From assembly GCA_021613535.1 (NCBI GenBank), contig CP075495.1, forward strand, positions 186,001 through 250,000: a stretch of DNA of 64,000 bases, written 5' to 3'. Below the pieces are notes generated by a model, which was not told where the DNA came from, searched no databases, and worked only from the letters and a program-made list of their open reading frames with translations. The DNA comes from Adineta vaga. Its lineage: Eukaryota > Animalia > Rotifera. Below, piece after piece: positions 1 through 12,310 of the stretch; position 1 is the stretch's first letter; every line of letters begins with the position of its first letter. The position numbers and the translations under genes were made by a program.

Positions 1-314
1 ACCCACATAGAGATAGATTCGAATCGTGGTATCTTGTAGACTTATCCATCAATATCTCGGATATGAATATCTTAGCTGACCTCGTACAGATTTGAAAAAA
101 AGAAAGACACAACTTTTCTGCCTTAGACCCTATTCCACTATTATGTATATGTACTATTCAAATAAGAAAATAAGAGAGTAGTGAGCTAATTTCTCAACTA
201 TGAAAATAAATCAATTCTATTTATAATTAAGTAAGAAGATACTCGCTCAAAAGATACTATTTAAGTTACTTAATTGCTTAATTAATTAATCGGCGTTGAT
301 AATTATAACTAGTA

Positions 315-335
315 GAAGAAGAAGAAGAAGAAGAA
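315..335 (+). repeat. (GAA)7 microsatellite
   Basis: Seen directly, just downstream (minus strand) of the ribozyme and A-rich tail. Confidence 0.9.
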
Positions 336-363
336 GGTGTTTTTTTGTTATTTTTGTAGAGTT

Positions 364-408
364 TATTGACCGGTTTCTGTTAAGTTATTACTTAACGTCA
401 TCAGAATC
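364..408 (-). ncRNA. Minimal type I hammerhead ribozyme (Penelope-like/Athena-type)
   Basis: Minus strand reads att-CTGATGA-c-gttaagt-aata-acttaac-a-GAAAC-CG-GTC-aat. This has the complete catalytic core, a 7-bp stem II, a palindromic ACCGGT mini stem III, a GUC cleavage triplet and an att/aat stem I. It is followed by AATAAA and an A-rich tail. Confidence 0.8.
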
Positions 409-578
409 TAGAATAGAAAGAAGAATTTCTTTATAATTTATCTAAAACCTTAAACTAAAAAAAGAAACTGGAGGGCCAGAAGGGCCTCTGCCAGTAAGAA
501 AGACTGAACGGGGACATTGACCTTAAGGACCTCATGTCTCTAAAGAGGCTCGTCGTCGGACAGGTCGAGTTCGGCCAT

Positions 579-1346
579 TTAAGTTGCTTCTTGGCCACCA
601 CTGTTCGGACGGATGTTACTGTTGTAGATGATCATGGTGGATAGATGCTGGCGTGGTGAAGGGTTGATTGCTGCTCCACCATCCTCCTCTTCGATACTGT
701 TATCCACCACCTCTGATGCTGCAGATGATGTTGATGGTGGTGTTATTGTTGGTGGTGTAGGTGCTAGAGGATGATGGAGTTCACGCACCCGCTCCCGTCT
801 CTCTCGTCTATCAACCGTCCTCATACTACCGGCTCCAGCCACAGCTGGTTCTGTACGAACCAGAGGGTTGTGCCGGTGTAGTCGGGTTGTCTCCGGTCTC
901 CTCATCACACTGGTATGCGTGCTCCTGGGTCGACGAATGTTCCCATTCTCGCTTGAAGCATTGCGACCAGAGTGATGATAGCCGTAGCCGATGGCTCCCA
1001 CCGCCTGTCTTCTCTCCGTCAGTAGGTAGTCCATAAGACTACCTCTTCCTTCCTGAACCCCTTGCGGCCTATTGGCCACAAAGAATTCACCATTAGGCAC
1101 CCACATCGCCTCTCCCGTCCTTTCACACATGTACCGGCAGTAGAACCCATCACTGTTCGAGTGGTTCATCGCAGCCCGTCGCCATATAGTTGATGGAGGA
1201 CCGCCAACACGAGGACCGGACAAACCACCTCGAACAGCCTCTGGTGAAAACGTTCCTGAGAAAGGGGTCAGAGTTCTAAAGACCACATCGCTCACTTCTC
1301 GATCACTACTTCGCACTGGAGTTGAACTGTTAGTTGTACTAGACAT
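579..1346 (-). CDS. 255-aa orphan protein, low-complexity (Ser/Arg/Pro-rich); probable accessory ORF of a Penelope-like element
   Basis: Intact GC-richer ORF. Its ATG follows a TTTTTTTCTAG acceptor of a putative 5'UTR intron (donor GTAAGG at ~1437). A TATA box lies upstream and the hammerhead is in its 3'UTR. Confidence 0.6.
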   Translation of the reverse strand: MSSTTNSSTPVRSSDREVSDVVFRTLTPFSGTFSPEAVRGGLSGPRVGGPPSTIWRRAAMNHSNSDGFYCRYMCERTGEAMWVPNGEFFVANRPQGVQEGRGSLMDYLLTERRQAVGAIGYGYHHSGRNASSENGNIRRPRSTHTSVMRRPETTRLHRHNPLVRTEPAVAGAGSMRTVDRRERRERVRELHHPLAPTPPTITPPSTSSAASEVVDNSIEEEDGGAAINPSPRQHLSTMIIYNSNIRPNSGGQEAT

Positions 1347-1532
1347 CTAGAAAAAAATGAGAAATTATTAGTTTCACGAGTATATACAGCAACATTTAAA
1401 TAAACAGTTCAAAATCACAAAACAACCAAGCCCTTACACATAAGATCGGCTCACTTCAAAGAAGGAGACTTGGTATTGCTACCATGTTCTGTATACCAGA
1501 ACGATCTTATACCAACTGTCAAAAACGACAAC

Positions 1533-1541
1533 TTTATATAC
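1533..1541 (-). promoter_or_regulatory. TATA box (TATATAAAG) upstream of ORF 579-1346
   Basis: Plus strand ctttatata, about 100 bp upstream of the 5'UTR intron donor. Confidence 0.45.
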
Positions 1542-2371
1542 CCCTTCAAACACAGTTCATTGGTCTGTTAAGAAATTTCTTAACCGTTCAATCACGAACG
1601 ATTTCTTATTTGACAAATCACATGTTTCTTTTCTTTTTTTAAAATTGACAAGCAAGTGAGATATACCACAAAAATCCATCTCATCATTAACTTCAATCTT
1701 CTATACACTCCGAATTATACTAGATGGTTGAACTGGTCAACGATGCATGACACACCCTCAAGTGAATTCGAATCTCACATCCAGTAACATATCTTTTTCT
1801 AACTTTTCTTTTCTTCCTTTCCCTTGTATCCATTTATCTATATATATATATCTTTTTTTCTTCCTCTCCTTTCATCTCGGTCCACTTGATGCCTATAGAA
1901 AAAAGCACAATTATATATGAATAAAACAAAAGCATATCAAGATTTGGGTCAAATCCACTTGAAATGTTAATTAAACAAACGAATAATTTTCTTTTTGGTT
2001 CATGGTATAATAAGCATATAAAACAGGCTCATTATGAAAAATTCATGGAGTGGCAAATATCAAATTGGTACAAATTTTAAAGTGTGCGTGTCAAAATTAT
2101 TAAAAATTTTAACTTTTGAAAACTTGAAAATTTGAAAATTCTTATAATTTTTGCAAATTGTGTAAGTACAAAAGCAAAAGTACGTTATCACATGAATTAT
2201 TAGTGTAAAACAGAAATCTACCTTTGATGCAATTGAAATTCAATCAGAAATCAGAAATCAGAAATCAAAAAAATTATAATACCTTTTTGTCAATCAAAAA
2301 TCAACCAAAGAAGTGAATTTTTAGCGAGATATATTTGTAAAGAAAAGTGGTAATGATTAATAAAGAAGTAT

Positions 2372-4435
2372 TCAAAGTGCTTGATCATATGAATCGATAC
2401 CTGTAGTTTTACAGTTTTTTAAATGAAACAGAACTGTGAAGAATATGGTCGATTTTGGATAATTATATCCTCGAAAAGAATTTTTGAATTGCGACAGGTA
2501 CGAAAACATTTGTTCAGCAACTTGTGTATTGATGGATTTAAAAACATCATGGTGAGATGAGTGATCAGGTCTCATTACTGTTTTACACATTTGTCTTGTA
2601 TGGTTCTTAACATGAAAGCGGTCAATTGCCATGGTTAGATCTGTTAGAAATTGGGTGAAATTTGTTGATTTCAAATCTTCCGTACCAAAATGTTTTTTTA
2701 TAAACAATTTTAATGTGCACGCACAATCGTAACACATGGCGATGGGTAATTGACCAAACCGCTTTATTGTTAGAATATGATGAAGAACTCGTCGCACTAT
2801 TATTTTATTATAGAGATGAAGAAATATGTTAATTATTAGCAAAATAAAACAAATCTTTACACCAACTTCCTTCAGAACATGGTAACTCTGTAAATCCAAC
2901 TATGACAGCACAACTTAAGAATGTGGCTAAAAATCCGTAAGTACTGATTTTGCATTTAACATTTACTCCAGAGCGGAATACATTGCAAATTTTGTTATCA
3001 TATTGGCCATCATCATTTATATAATCACTTAGCGCTAATTTGTCTAATACTTGTTCTTTATCTTCGTTAATGATCTCTGGTGTCATATGAGTCATTCGAT
3101 CATTTTCCTCTAATGTTGCTGGTTGATGATGCTGGCAGTATCTGTGGTCGATACCAGGTGCTATGATAAAAGCATTAATGAATACAATGATGTACAAATC
3201 CTTATGAAATATACCTCTCCTTAACGGTGAATACAAACAACCCATCTGAATTGGACCTAACTCTGGGATGGTGCAATCAAACACATTCTTATACTGGCAA
3301 ACCAATCTATTGGCTTTTTGATGACCATCAACAACAAAAATTTTTGAGCACGTTTCAGGATTGCATTTTTTCGTAAACCGTTGATGATTTGTCCAAAAAC
3401 AACAAAATTTTTATATAGATCATTTTTAATCAACAAAAAATATGGATTACATTCATCAATATCACGTACAGACATTGGTATTTGAACAATTTTGTCGTTT
3501 GTTGTCATGAATTTAAATTTTGCAATATTGATGAAAAGCCACACCATTTGGAAATTTTTTTCATTCAAAAGACTTCAAAAGAAAACAATCACAAAATACA
3601 TATATGCAAAACAAAGTGATTATCATCTTACGAAATACAACCACCATTTACAGTAGCAGCATTGTGACCTAGTCTCCTATTGATCAATTCAATTTTTGAG
3701 TTATAAGCGTTGGTATATCCTTCAAAAGATACTGTATTTTGGATTAAGTTTTGATAACAAATATTTGGTTACCGTTTAAGTAAATAAATTTATCATTCTT
3801 AATTGATTCTGATGTAATAAACTTATTTTTCTTACGAATATAAAAATTTGGAAATATTTCAATATCGCATGTTGCACAATAACAAGTGGCAATAACTGAC
3901 AATGAAAATTCTGGTTATTTATGCGTTATCAACAAACATTATGTGTTCACTTACGAGCTTTATATGTTCATGTCAATGACATCACTGTCCTTGGACGATG
4001 AGCATATACAGGCTTCAATGATGCCTGGCATTCAATACATGTAGTAGTATATGGTTGTAAATATAATTCATGTGCATTGGCAGATTCGGCAATATTGTTG
4101 CCAATATATTTATCAATCATTTCACGTATAGAATATTGCTGGAACATTGCATCAAATAATGGTTGTGTTGACATAAATTCAATTATCGTTCGTACAGTAT
4201 GAACTTCATACGATTTACCAAAATGTAAACTAATAATATTCCGTATGTGATAATCCTTTCGCGGCAATTCTTGTGGAAAAAATTTGTTCAAATTCATTAC
4301 ACACATAATCTCATTCAAACGCATTGTTCTCATCATCAATATTAAAGTATGTTCTTCATCGGTGACTTCAACAGGTATACATGTTGATATATCGACAGGA
4401 GTTGTATTCATATTGTTATATTTATCTGAAAACAT
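2372..4435 (-). pseudogene. CxC5/CxC6-type KDZ (Kyakuja-Dileera-Zisupton) transposase, spliced and frameshifted
   Basis: Motifs across frames: PYTTTCIEC, CATC, VVDGHQKANRLVC, GCLYSP..RYCQHH, YDCACTLK, IDRFHVKNH, NTQVAEQMFSYL. These match the other KDZ genes in the window. Confidence 0.75.
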
Positions 4436-4786
4436 ATGTAAAAATGTATTTTCAAGATAATATTTACGTCACATTTTCATGTAGTCGAATATCACACTCT
4501 CAAGGAATTGTTTACATCATCATGCATTTTAATGTATTATAATTCGCCAAGATAAACTAATCATATTCATAAATACATGATAATTTAATAATTGGTGATA
4601 TGAATACCACTTCGAGTAAGACTTAATTATTTTTATTTTTATTTTCCATGTTAACGTAACTAGCATATACGGAAGTAAAAAAGAACTAAAAATAAAAAAT
4701 TTGACATGCATCGGGATATTCGAATAAAAAAAGTCAATAAAAAATGTCATTGTTTAAAAGTTAATACTATTGCTGAATGAAGTTAA

Positions 4787-6971
4787 TTAATATTTTTTCT
4801 TCATTCTTCTTGGTTGTGTTCGTACTTCGTTTTCTCGATCATCAACTGAGCGTAGTTTTCGTTTTGGTCGTACAGTTAATGCCAATGTACTTGTAGTTTC
4901 AGCTTTTGCAGTTGCATCGATTTGCACCTGTTGTGTTAATTCTTGAGGTATGCCATCTGTTACACTCTGCGCACAAGGTAATGAATGCGATACTTGTGTC
5001 AACGGCAATTCATTTTCATTATTAATATCGGTTTCTTCTAATACAGCTGATGGTCTGAAACGTTGGATGTTCCATCGAACATGTTCCACGTAGAAAGTAT
5101 CTGATTGAAAAACCTTGATACATTCATCAGATAAAGTCCAATTGTTATTGGTGAACACATTTTCTTTTTGATGTGGATAAAAACTTTTCATATACTCTTC
5201 AAGTGACATGTTTGCCTGCGATAGAATCAAAACGAGATACATATTATCCATTAGAAATCGTGCAAAATGAAGGAAAGAGATGTGTTACATTTTTCTGCAA
5301 TGATTCAATGAATTTGAATTTGGATGTGTTGGATTGTAATTGAGGAGCTTTTCTTTGAAAAAAGAATAAAAAACAATTCGTGTTAGGAAGAAATATAGTT
5401 TCAGTTATTACTTGATCCATCCCTCTCTTAAGGAACGCTTCGTATCTTTTTTGATACTTTTTTTTGATCGACTTGGTTCTATCCATAAGTCATCCTTCTG
5501 CTCGAGTAGCTCAGCTTCAATCAATCGTGTAATCGCTTCCAAACGTATTGATGGTCTATTACATATCTGGGTAAGATCTGTTTTTGTATAAATAACAGAT
5601 TTGCTACGTAATATGTTGTTCATTGCTCTTTTCACCGTTTTTTCAGAATGTTTGTCATCTATTTTATTCACTATAGAGAATAATTTAACGAAAGGTCGAA
5701 AAGAAAAATAAGAAACAATCTATGTGAACCTTCTTTGATATTATGTGATGCTAATGTAGAAGAATGTGCATCATCAGTACTAACGTTCAATATTTCAGTT
5801 TCAATCTGATTACTACATATAGATATAGAAGAATTATCAAGATCTTTCAATATTTGTGAACTATCTAGCTCAGATGTTTCTAAATGCAAAGATGTAGATT
5901 ATTGAAATTAAAAAATAGAAGAACAAAATACTATTATTGACGTCAACATGTTGCTCATATATCAGTTGCACATCTAAATCTTGATGTTGTTCTTCACAAT
6001 CTTTTTCATGTGTATTACATGGAACATTGACTACTGATTCTGTAGTTTTTTCCAATTGAATTGGAGAACTAGTTGTTGGTTTTGGCGGATTTGCTGCTTT
6101 ACAATTATTATCTGATTGCTTTCGTCGATTGCACAATAGTAAATTTTCAATATCATTATAATCACAAGAGAATACATCTTCATTCGTAGTAACAAAGCAT
6201 CCATCTTCGACTTCTTGTACACTACCATTCTGAATATGATGTTGAATTACTGTTTCTAAATGATTTTTATAACATTTGTAATATGGCACAAGACAAGAAC
6301 TGTATTTGAAAATTTCCAAAGATAATGGTGACAATTTGTTATTTGGTGGAATGGAAGATATACGATAGACCGAATAATATTCATCAACATTTATGCCATG
6401 TTTGATCAATTTGTTTTTTACACATTCTTGAAATACATCGTTAGTTTTTGTTATTGGAATTTTCATATACGATTTTATTTTTCTATTTCGAACATCTAGT
6501 AGAAAATAATTGAATTTCAACAAACCATCATTGATCAATTCTTGTAAAGCTTGTTCGCCTAATGCAGGAGGATTTTTAAGGATTCCGCTTAAAATAATAA
6601 ATATGAGATGAATATCTGGTTAAACAATTAGAAAGATGGCTGCACTTACGTCTGTCCTGTTATAGGATTTTTGTCTGTCAACGTTGATAATGGAAGAATA
6701 TTGAATTCACAGAGCATAATTAATTCTTTTAGTCGTGTTTGTTCAGATACAGTTGATGAATGTTTAGTTACAGGTTTAGTAGAAAAATTGTAATCAATAG
6801 TAAACAAAGTTGTCACAACATCCAGTTGATGCTCGTACCATTTCCAAGCAGCCAACACCGCATCTTTTTGAACAATTATCATCGGATCCATTGTTGTTTG
6901 ATCAACGTTCTTTTTTCGTGGTAAATATGTCACATCATAAACATAAAATTTTCTTCTAATTATATTTTGTA
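4787..6971 (-). pseudogene. 3' part of a spliced gene, probably a paralog of the DUF3987-like gene, 5'-truncated by the insertion at 6972
   Basis: Chain of minus-strand exons with short introns. IIVQKDAVLAAWKWYEHQL resembles TVESQDTAKAAVLLMNYYVTQK in 25784-26062. The frame runs up to the junction at 6971. Confidence 0.45.
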
Positions 6972-9950
6972 AGGTGCACGCAATGCAAAAATCGAGTGAA
7001 ATTTATTTTTGTTTTTTTTGCACATGGTTAGATAGAGCGTGCGCTGCTGATCACGATGCACTACTTTTTTTCCTTTTTATAAGCTATTTTGTAGCCAAAA
7101 ATCGCAAAATCCTTCGAAAAACCCGAGTTCTCCCCAAAATCATGTTTTCGGACGAAATATGCAAAAACCAGTATTTTTCGGTTCTTGGAAATTCTTGAAA
7201 ACATTTTTTTTAGATTCACCATCAAAAACTGATTCTAGAAAAGCTCTGAAATCGCTATTAACTCAAAAATTATTTTTATGATGGCACTTCTAATATCTTC
7301 CACTACAGCACTAATAGGTGAATCTTGTAAACCTATCTAGTTTTTGTAGGAAGGTGCGAGGGCCAATTTTTGTTTGTTTTAATCCTCATACCATCCTCCA
7401 TAAAACTACGCATCGCTTTTGTTTTCATCTATTTTCTTCGTGGAGAAAAGTTCACTTTACTGATGGTACAGGCAATCGGGGAGGTCATTCGGATATAACA
7501 CATCCATTTTTCAGTCAAATCGAATGAAAATTTTTTTACAATGATAAAACTCGATGACAAATCGAATGGGCACCCTCCGAAGGTGTATCCTTAGTAGAGG
7601 TTTTCCAAGAGGTTTCTGAAAAACCATTTTTTGAAAGTATGCTTGATGTGTCTTAAACTGTATTTACAGCTATTTTACGCACAAATTTAGATGTTTTAAT
7701 AACTTTTTATTAAGTATAAATAGAAACATATAGAGTACAATATAGAAAATAAATCTATCAATCGTCGTTTATGTTATCGTTTGATATCCGTCGATGTGAT
7801 TGAATAGATGCACTACAGAGTCGACTGAAGAATAGTTGTAACACCTCACCATATGTTTGTCCTTGAGAATATGCTTCAATTGTATGCCAAAAACGACGAA
7901 ATAGTTTTAGTGCAATCTCTCTTTGGACAAAGTATGCACGAGATTCAGATATTAGTTTTATCATTTTTTCGAAGCTTTCTGACTAAACCAAAGGCCTTCG
8001 ATTGCATTGAGTTCACAATGATATTTTGGACAAAAGATAACATTAACTTTATATTTAAGTGCCAGAGTTTCGAGTTTTGTAACCTAGATAAAAAGCAGTT
8101 AAAAGAACATAGTGCGTGATATGGTTTTTATGAAACAAAACTGCTTTCACTTAGTTTTGAAATGCTGGATGTCCTGACAATAGTTCTCGAATTTCTTCTA
8201 ATTTAATTTTAGGTGGTAGTTGTATACCTAAATCTTTACATATTTCAACTAAACCCTTTGATTTACCTTTGTTTTCTCCTTCTTTAAAATAACAATCAAT
8301 AACGTGTGGATTACCATCTTCATCAAGATACTCGATACAGTTAACGATGCACTGGCCTCCCACTGATTTTCTTAAGTCTTGTAATGAATAAGCCTTGGCC
8401 GTATGAGTTCTTGCGTTATCCACAATAATATCAATTTGATGTTTTTTATAATGCTGTTTGAATTCCAGCATTTGAAATAATCTTTCAAATTGATTCAAGA
8501 TTGTTTCGTTGTTGAAATATGCATCGGTTCCAATATTGATACTCGCGATTGCAGATCGTTCAACATAATCTAGGTCGCCACTTGTATTTAATGATGGATA
8601 TTTTTTTATAGCTTGTTTCCATTCATGTTCATTAAGTTCAAAAAATGGTCCTGATGGATGTTGAACAAGGAAATCAGAAACCATGTGGCTACGGCCACGA
8701 CCTTTTGAAAAAAATGGCGTATTTTCTTTGAAAAACCAGCGTTTTGCACAAACTTCACCACTTCGAAAGGTTGATTCATCATGAACTAATTTAGAGAAAA
8801 ATCGAAATTCAGAAAAACAAAGAGAAAAAACCTATAAGAAATTCACTTACATATTAATATTCTTTGAGGACATTTAACTGGAAGACTCCATGCAGGTGTC
8901 TCTCCATCAATAATGGTGTGATAAAAATCCTTATGCTCCAAAAAATACTTTATAAATTCATTACGATGTTTTACAACATCGTCTCTTTCATGTCCTTCGA
9001 AGTACGGACGCTGTGCATTGGCTTCAAACTTTGCTCCCCATCTATGAAGATCTAATTGACAACTTCTTCCGGATCTTATATAACCACCATTAACTTGTAT
9101 TTCAATATCATTTAATTTGCAATACTTCTCGTTAATAAATTGGGCTAGATGCATCGCTGTAAATTCACCTGATTTTTGTGAACATTTTTCTGCAACAAAT
9201 GCTTTGGCATCTACCTCGATTTCTGGATATATATCATAAAATGAATCCAAGTGTTTACCACCACGTGAATCATGTGTAAATTCTTTATGATCACCATTCA
9301 TAAATATGTCAGCCCATTTGTGTGAAGTTTCTGCTGTCATAAAACCTATACTTTTAAGATATTCATCAATATCATCCCATTTAATTTTAAAATATCGTAA
9401 TGACATATAGAGTAATACACTAAGATATTTTGTATTGCATTTTAAACGACACATTTCAGCCAGATCTTCAATGTTGGGAAGTGTAAGTTTCTCCATAAAA
9501 TTTAATTTTAAATTGTCAACATTCACATTCACATCCACATCCACATGATAGTCATCATTTGGAAAATCAGGTGGACTTGGAATCGTCGCATTTTCCCATC
9601 GGTGAGCTGATGCACTACGTGATTGGGTTGTTCTTCTGTTTGTTCTAGGCATGACAAAATAATCAAATATAATTGATAAATAGCTGTTGTAATACGAAAG
9701 AATCGCTAAGATATTGTATGTTTATATCAGATAAAACAGATCTATTTATAAGGGCGAGCGACGAACAAGAACATACCTAGATTTCATTAATACATAGATA
9801 TGAAGTGATCACAATACCTAGAAAAGATAGTACGAATATGAAGAGGATGATTACATGTCCTGGAAAAGATATTACATATATAAACCGAGTGATTATATGA
9901 CCTGAAAAAGACATATATGTAATAGTCGAAAATTGAATTCAACTATTCAT
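6972..9950 (-). mobile_element. IS630/Tc1-mariner-superfamily DNA transposon, one end recognisable
   Basis: Starts after TA (6970-6971) with AGGTGCACGCAATGC, interrupting a coding frame, and contains the transposase below. No matching second TIR was found. Confidence 0.45.
7758..9652 (-). CDS. IS630/Tc1-like DDE transposase with long D-E spacing (spliced, 3 exons; possibly defective)
   Basis: Motifs PYFEGHERDDVV, HDESTFRSGE, SKGRGRSHMVSDF, IIVDNARTH and FCPKYHCELNAIEGLW. Confidence 0.75.
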
Positions 9951-9954
9951 ACAG

Positions 9955-10013
9955 TTATTCAATTATTCAGTTATTCAGTTATTCATTCAGTTATTCAGTT
10001 ATTCAACTATTCA
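9955..10013 (+). repeat. (TTATTCAG)n-like tandem repeat; second block at ~10330-10366
   Basis: Seen directly. Confidence 0.85.
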
Positions 10014-10028
10014 GGGTGCTGAGATGAA

Positions 10029-10114
10029 TTATCTCATTGTGGGTGTGTGGCGGGGCGGAGGGGTATTATCTCATTGTGGGTGTGCGGAGGGTGCGGAGGG
10101 GTATTATCTCATTG
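10029..10114 (+). repeat. ~40-bp G-rich tandem repeat (TTATCTCATTGTGGGTGTG..GGAGGGGTA), 2 full units plus a partial one
   Basis: Seen directly; contains TGTGGG. Confidence 0.8.
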
Positions 10115-10147
10115 AAGGTTGTAGATTTGAATATTTGATTGAGAATA

Positions 10148-10628
10148 TTTAGGGGCGCTGGCGGAGAGATGTCGAGCTCTGGAAAGACTTTTTCTAAGAA
10201 TAGTAGCGGGTTGGCGAGGAGACGAAATGGTTCTGAAGAGGCGGGACCGAAGGGTTTCACTTGGTATACAGTGTTTGTTGGAGTTAATTGGAAGTTGGTA
10301 CCATAAGTTAGGTTTCATATACTTCATAACTATTCAATTCAGTTAGTTTTCAGTTATTCAGTTATTTTGGTGTGGGTCCAGGGTTGCCGAACCTCCTGAT
10401 TTAGCCAGGAGTCTCCTGGTAAAAAAATCTCCTGGTACCAGGAGCTGGTTTTTTAGAATGTTTAGGAGGCGCTGTCGGAGAGATGTCGAGCTCTGGAAAG
10501 ACTTTGTCTAAGAATAGTAGCGGCTTCGCGAGGAGGCGAAATGGTTCTGAAGAGGCAGGACCGAAGGGTTTGATTTGGTATACAGTGTTTGTTGGAGTTA
10601 ATCGGAGGTTGGTACCATAGGTTATGTT
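10148..10628 (+). repeat. ~170-bp diverged direct repeat (10148-10317 and 10461-10628)
   Basis: Shared ggcgctg.cggagagatgtcgagctctggaaagact...ttggtatacagtgtttgttggagttaat..gttggtaccata. Confidence 0.9.
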
Positions 10629-11139
10629 TATTTACTGTAACAGCAGATTGAGTTGTTTTGTGTGGGTGATGTGATGGAGATTTCATGCTTTTTAGTCGAG
10701 AAAAAAATGGTTTGTTTGGAGCGTAAAATATAAGAGCGACTGATGTGTATTTAACATCTGACATGTGAATTTAGTGTGATTTGGAATGGGCGAAAAATAA
10801 AATGATGGAATTTTTTTTTTCGAAAAGAGAAAATATGCTGATCGGAAAGCAGCTTGAGGATTGATGTGATATCACGTAGATATGTAACTGGATACGGGAA
10901 GTTTTGTGAAATTGAACAAATGAAGAAGTTTCTTGAATTAGACCTATAGAATTAGTTAGAATTGAATTGATTTAAATCAATTTTCATGTATATTTTGATG
11001 TGTTGACTCATTTTACATTAAATCAATGCTATGGTTGGTATCCGGTGATATGTTTGTATAAAACTAACGATCTGTTTCATATATTTATGGGTTAATTGAT
11101 CAGTTTATGATTCGCAGTTGTATGAATAGTTCTTCTTAA

Positions 11140-11870
11140 ACTAATCTGAATTTCTAAAAGCTTTTAATACGTATTAAAGAGAAAAATAAACGGATAATCG
11201 ACTGAAACCACTGATACCCTGCTCGATTTAAATAAAGTAGAAAACGAAATTTCTTTTTATTACATATGAACAGATCATTCAGAGCTTTTGTGGTGAAGAG
11301 CAAAGTAACTTAATGTAAACAGTTCGTTATGCTCTACGAAGAAACAACCAATGGTTGAATGTCCCGCATGCTCTCGTGATAAAAAGTATCTATCTAATTT
11401 AGAGAAAAAAGATTTTTTTCTTTTTCAAAAAAATAGTCGATGTCCAGCTCATGAAAAATATCTGTTCAATTTAAAAAAAATCTTTTTCTTTCATATTAAA
11501 ATTAATGTCCCATATGTCCCGCTGATAAAAAACCGCCTACTCAATTTAAAAGAAAAATATTTTCTTTCGGTAATTTCGAAAAACAACATCCCGTATATCC
11601 CACGTATTAAATAATATTCATATGATGCGAGAAAACGAAATAATAGAAATATTAATTCTTTTCTTAATTTGATTAAATGTCTTCAGATGTTCAACATTTT
11701 ACTTTGTTATTGGTAGAAAAAAAAAAATTTTGCATACCTCAAGTTTTATCGGTAACCATAAATTACTCTCAATTATCTTCTTCTCTCAGTTAAAAATATA
11801 GAAATATTTTCTCTATTTAAAGTATTTCAAATTCTACTAATTCTCTAATCGACTACCACATATATTTTTA
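11140..11870 (+). repeat. Old diverged copy of 19580-20180 (inverted) and 55460-56060; contains ~83-bp subrepeats
   Basis: Co-linear matches such as gctcgat..aat.aa.tagaaaa, tattaca..tgaacagatcat, ttgaat.tcccg.atg and attctctaa.cgact.cca. Confidence 0.7.
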
Positions 11871-12199
11871 TCAATATCTGTTTACCATTGCAACAAAATC
11901 TGTTTTTAGATGCTTAATAAAATATAGGAATTTATGAATATCCATCAATCTATGTGTGAGCAACATCAAGCCTTTTGTATCTGTTTCGAAATCTATATGA
12001 TACGCTTTATTTGCGTCCTTAACTATATTTTCACATATTTGTATAGATATAGATTCAGTTATTTAGCATTGTGCTTTTTTTTCTAAGTCCATTTCGGTAG
12101 CTACGCAACAATTGATTGTGATAGTCTTCTTTTTGGAAGTGATTATACAAAATGTGTTATATTTCCTTTCAAATTTCAAGTTTTCGAAAATATTTTCCT

Positions 12200-12310
12200 A
12201 TTCATCTGATTTGATGAGAAAAGTACTCTTTCATATAAGTCTTTCAGTTTTCACCGTCATCGATGGGATATTCAAGAGATGATGAGAAGCAATAAGAATT
12301 GTTTATTCCG
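12200..12310 (-). pseudogene. Possible decayed hAT transposase C-terminal (dimerisation) fragment
   Basis: Minus frame LIASHHLLNIPSMTVKTERLI* resembles the hATC consensus LLSIPATSVPSERLFS. The surrounding sequence is very degenerate. Confidence 0.3.

Noticed and set aside
761-1036. Short antisense or overlapping ORFs in the track (e.g. 761-1036, 17377-17682, 31836-32102, 35561-35779)
   Set aside because: They are shadows of longer opposite-strand coding regions and show no motifs.
2241-2267. (AATCAGA)n as a KDZ element terminus
   Set aside because: Only a short simple repeat; no partner terminus or TSD was found.
11350-11620. ~83-bp repeats as a CRISPR array
   Set aside because: The context is eukaryotic, the repeats are degenerate over their whole length, and there are no unique spacers or cas genes.
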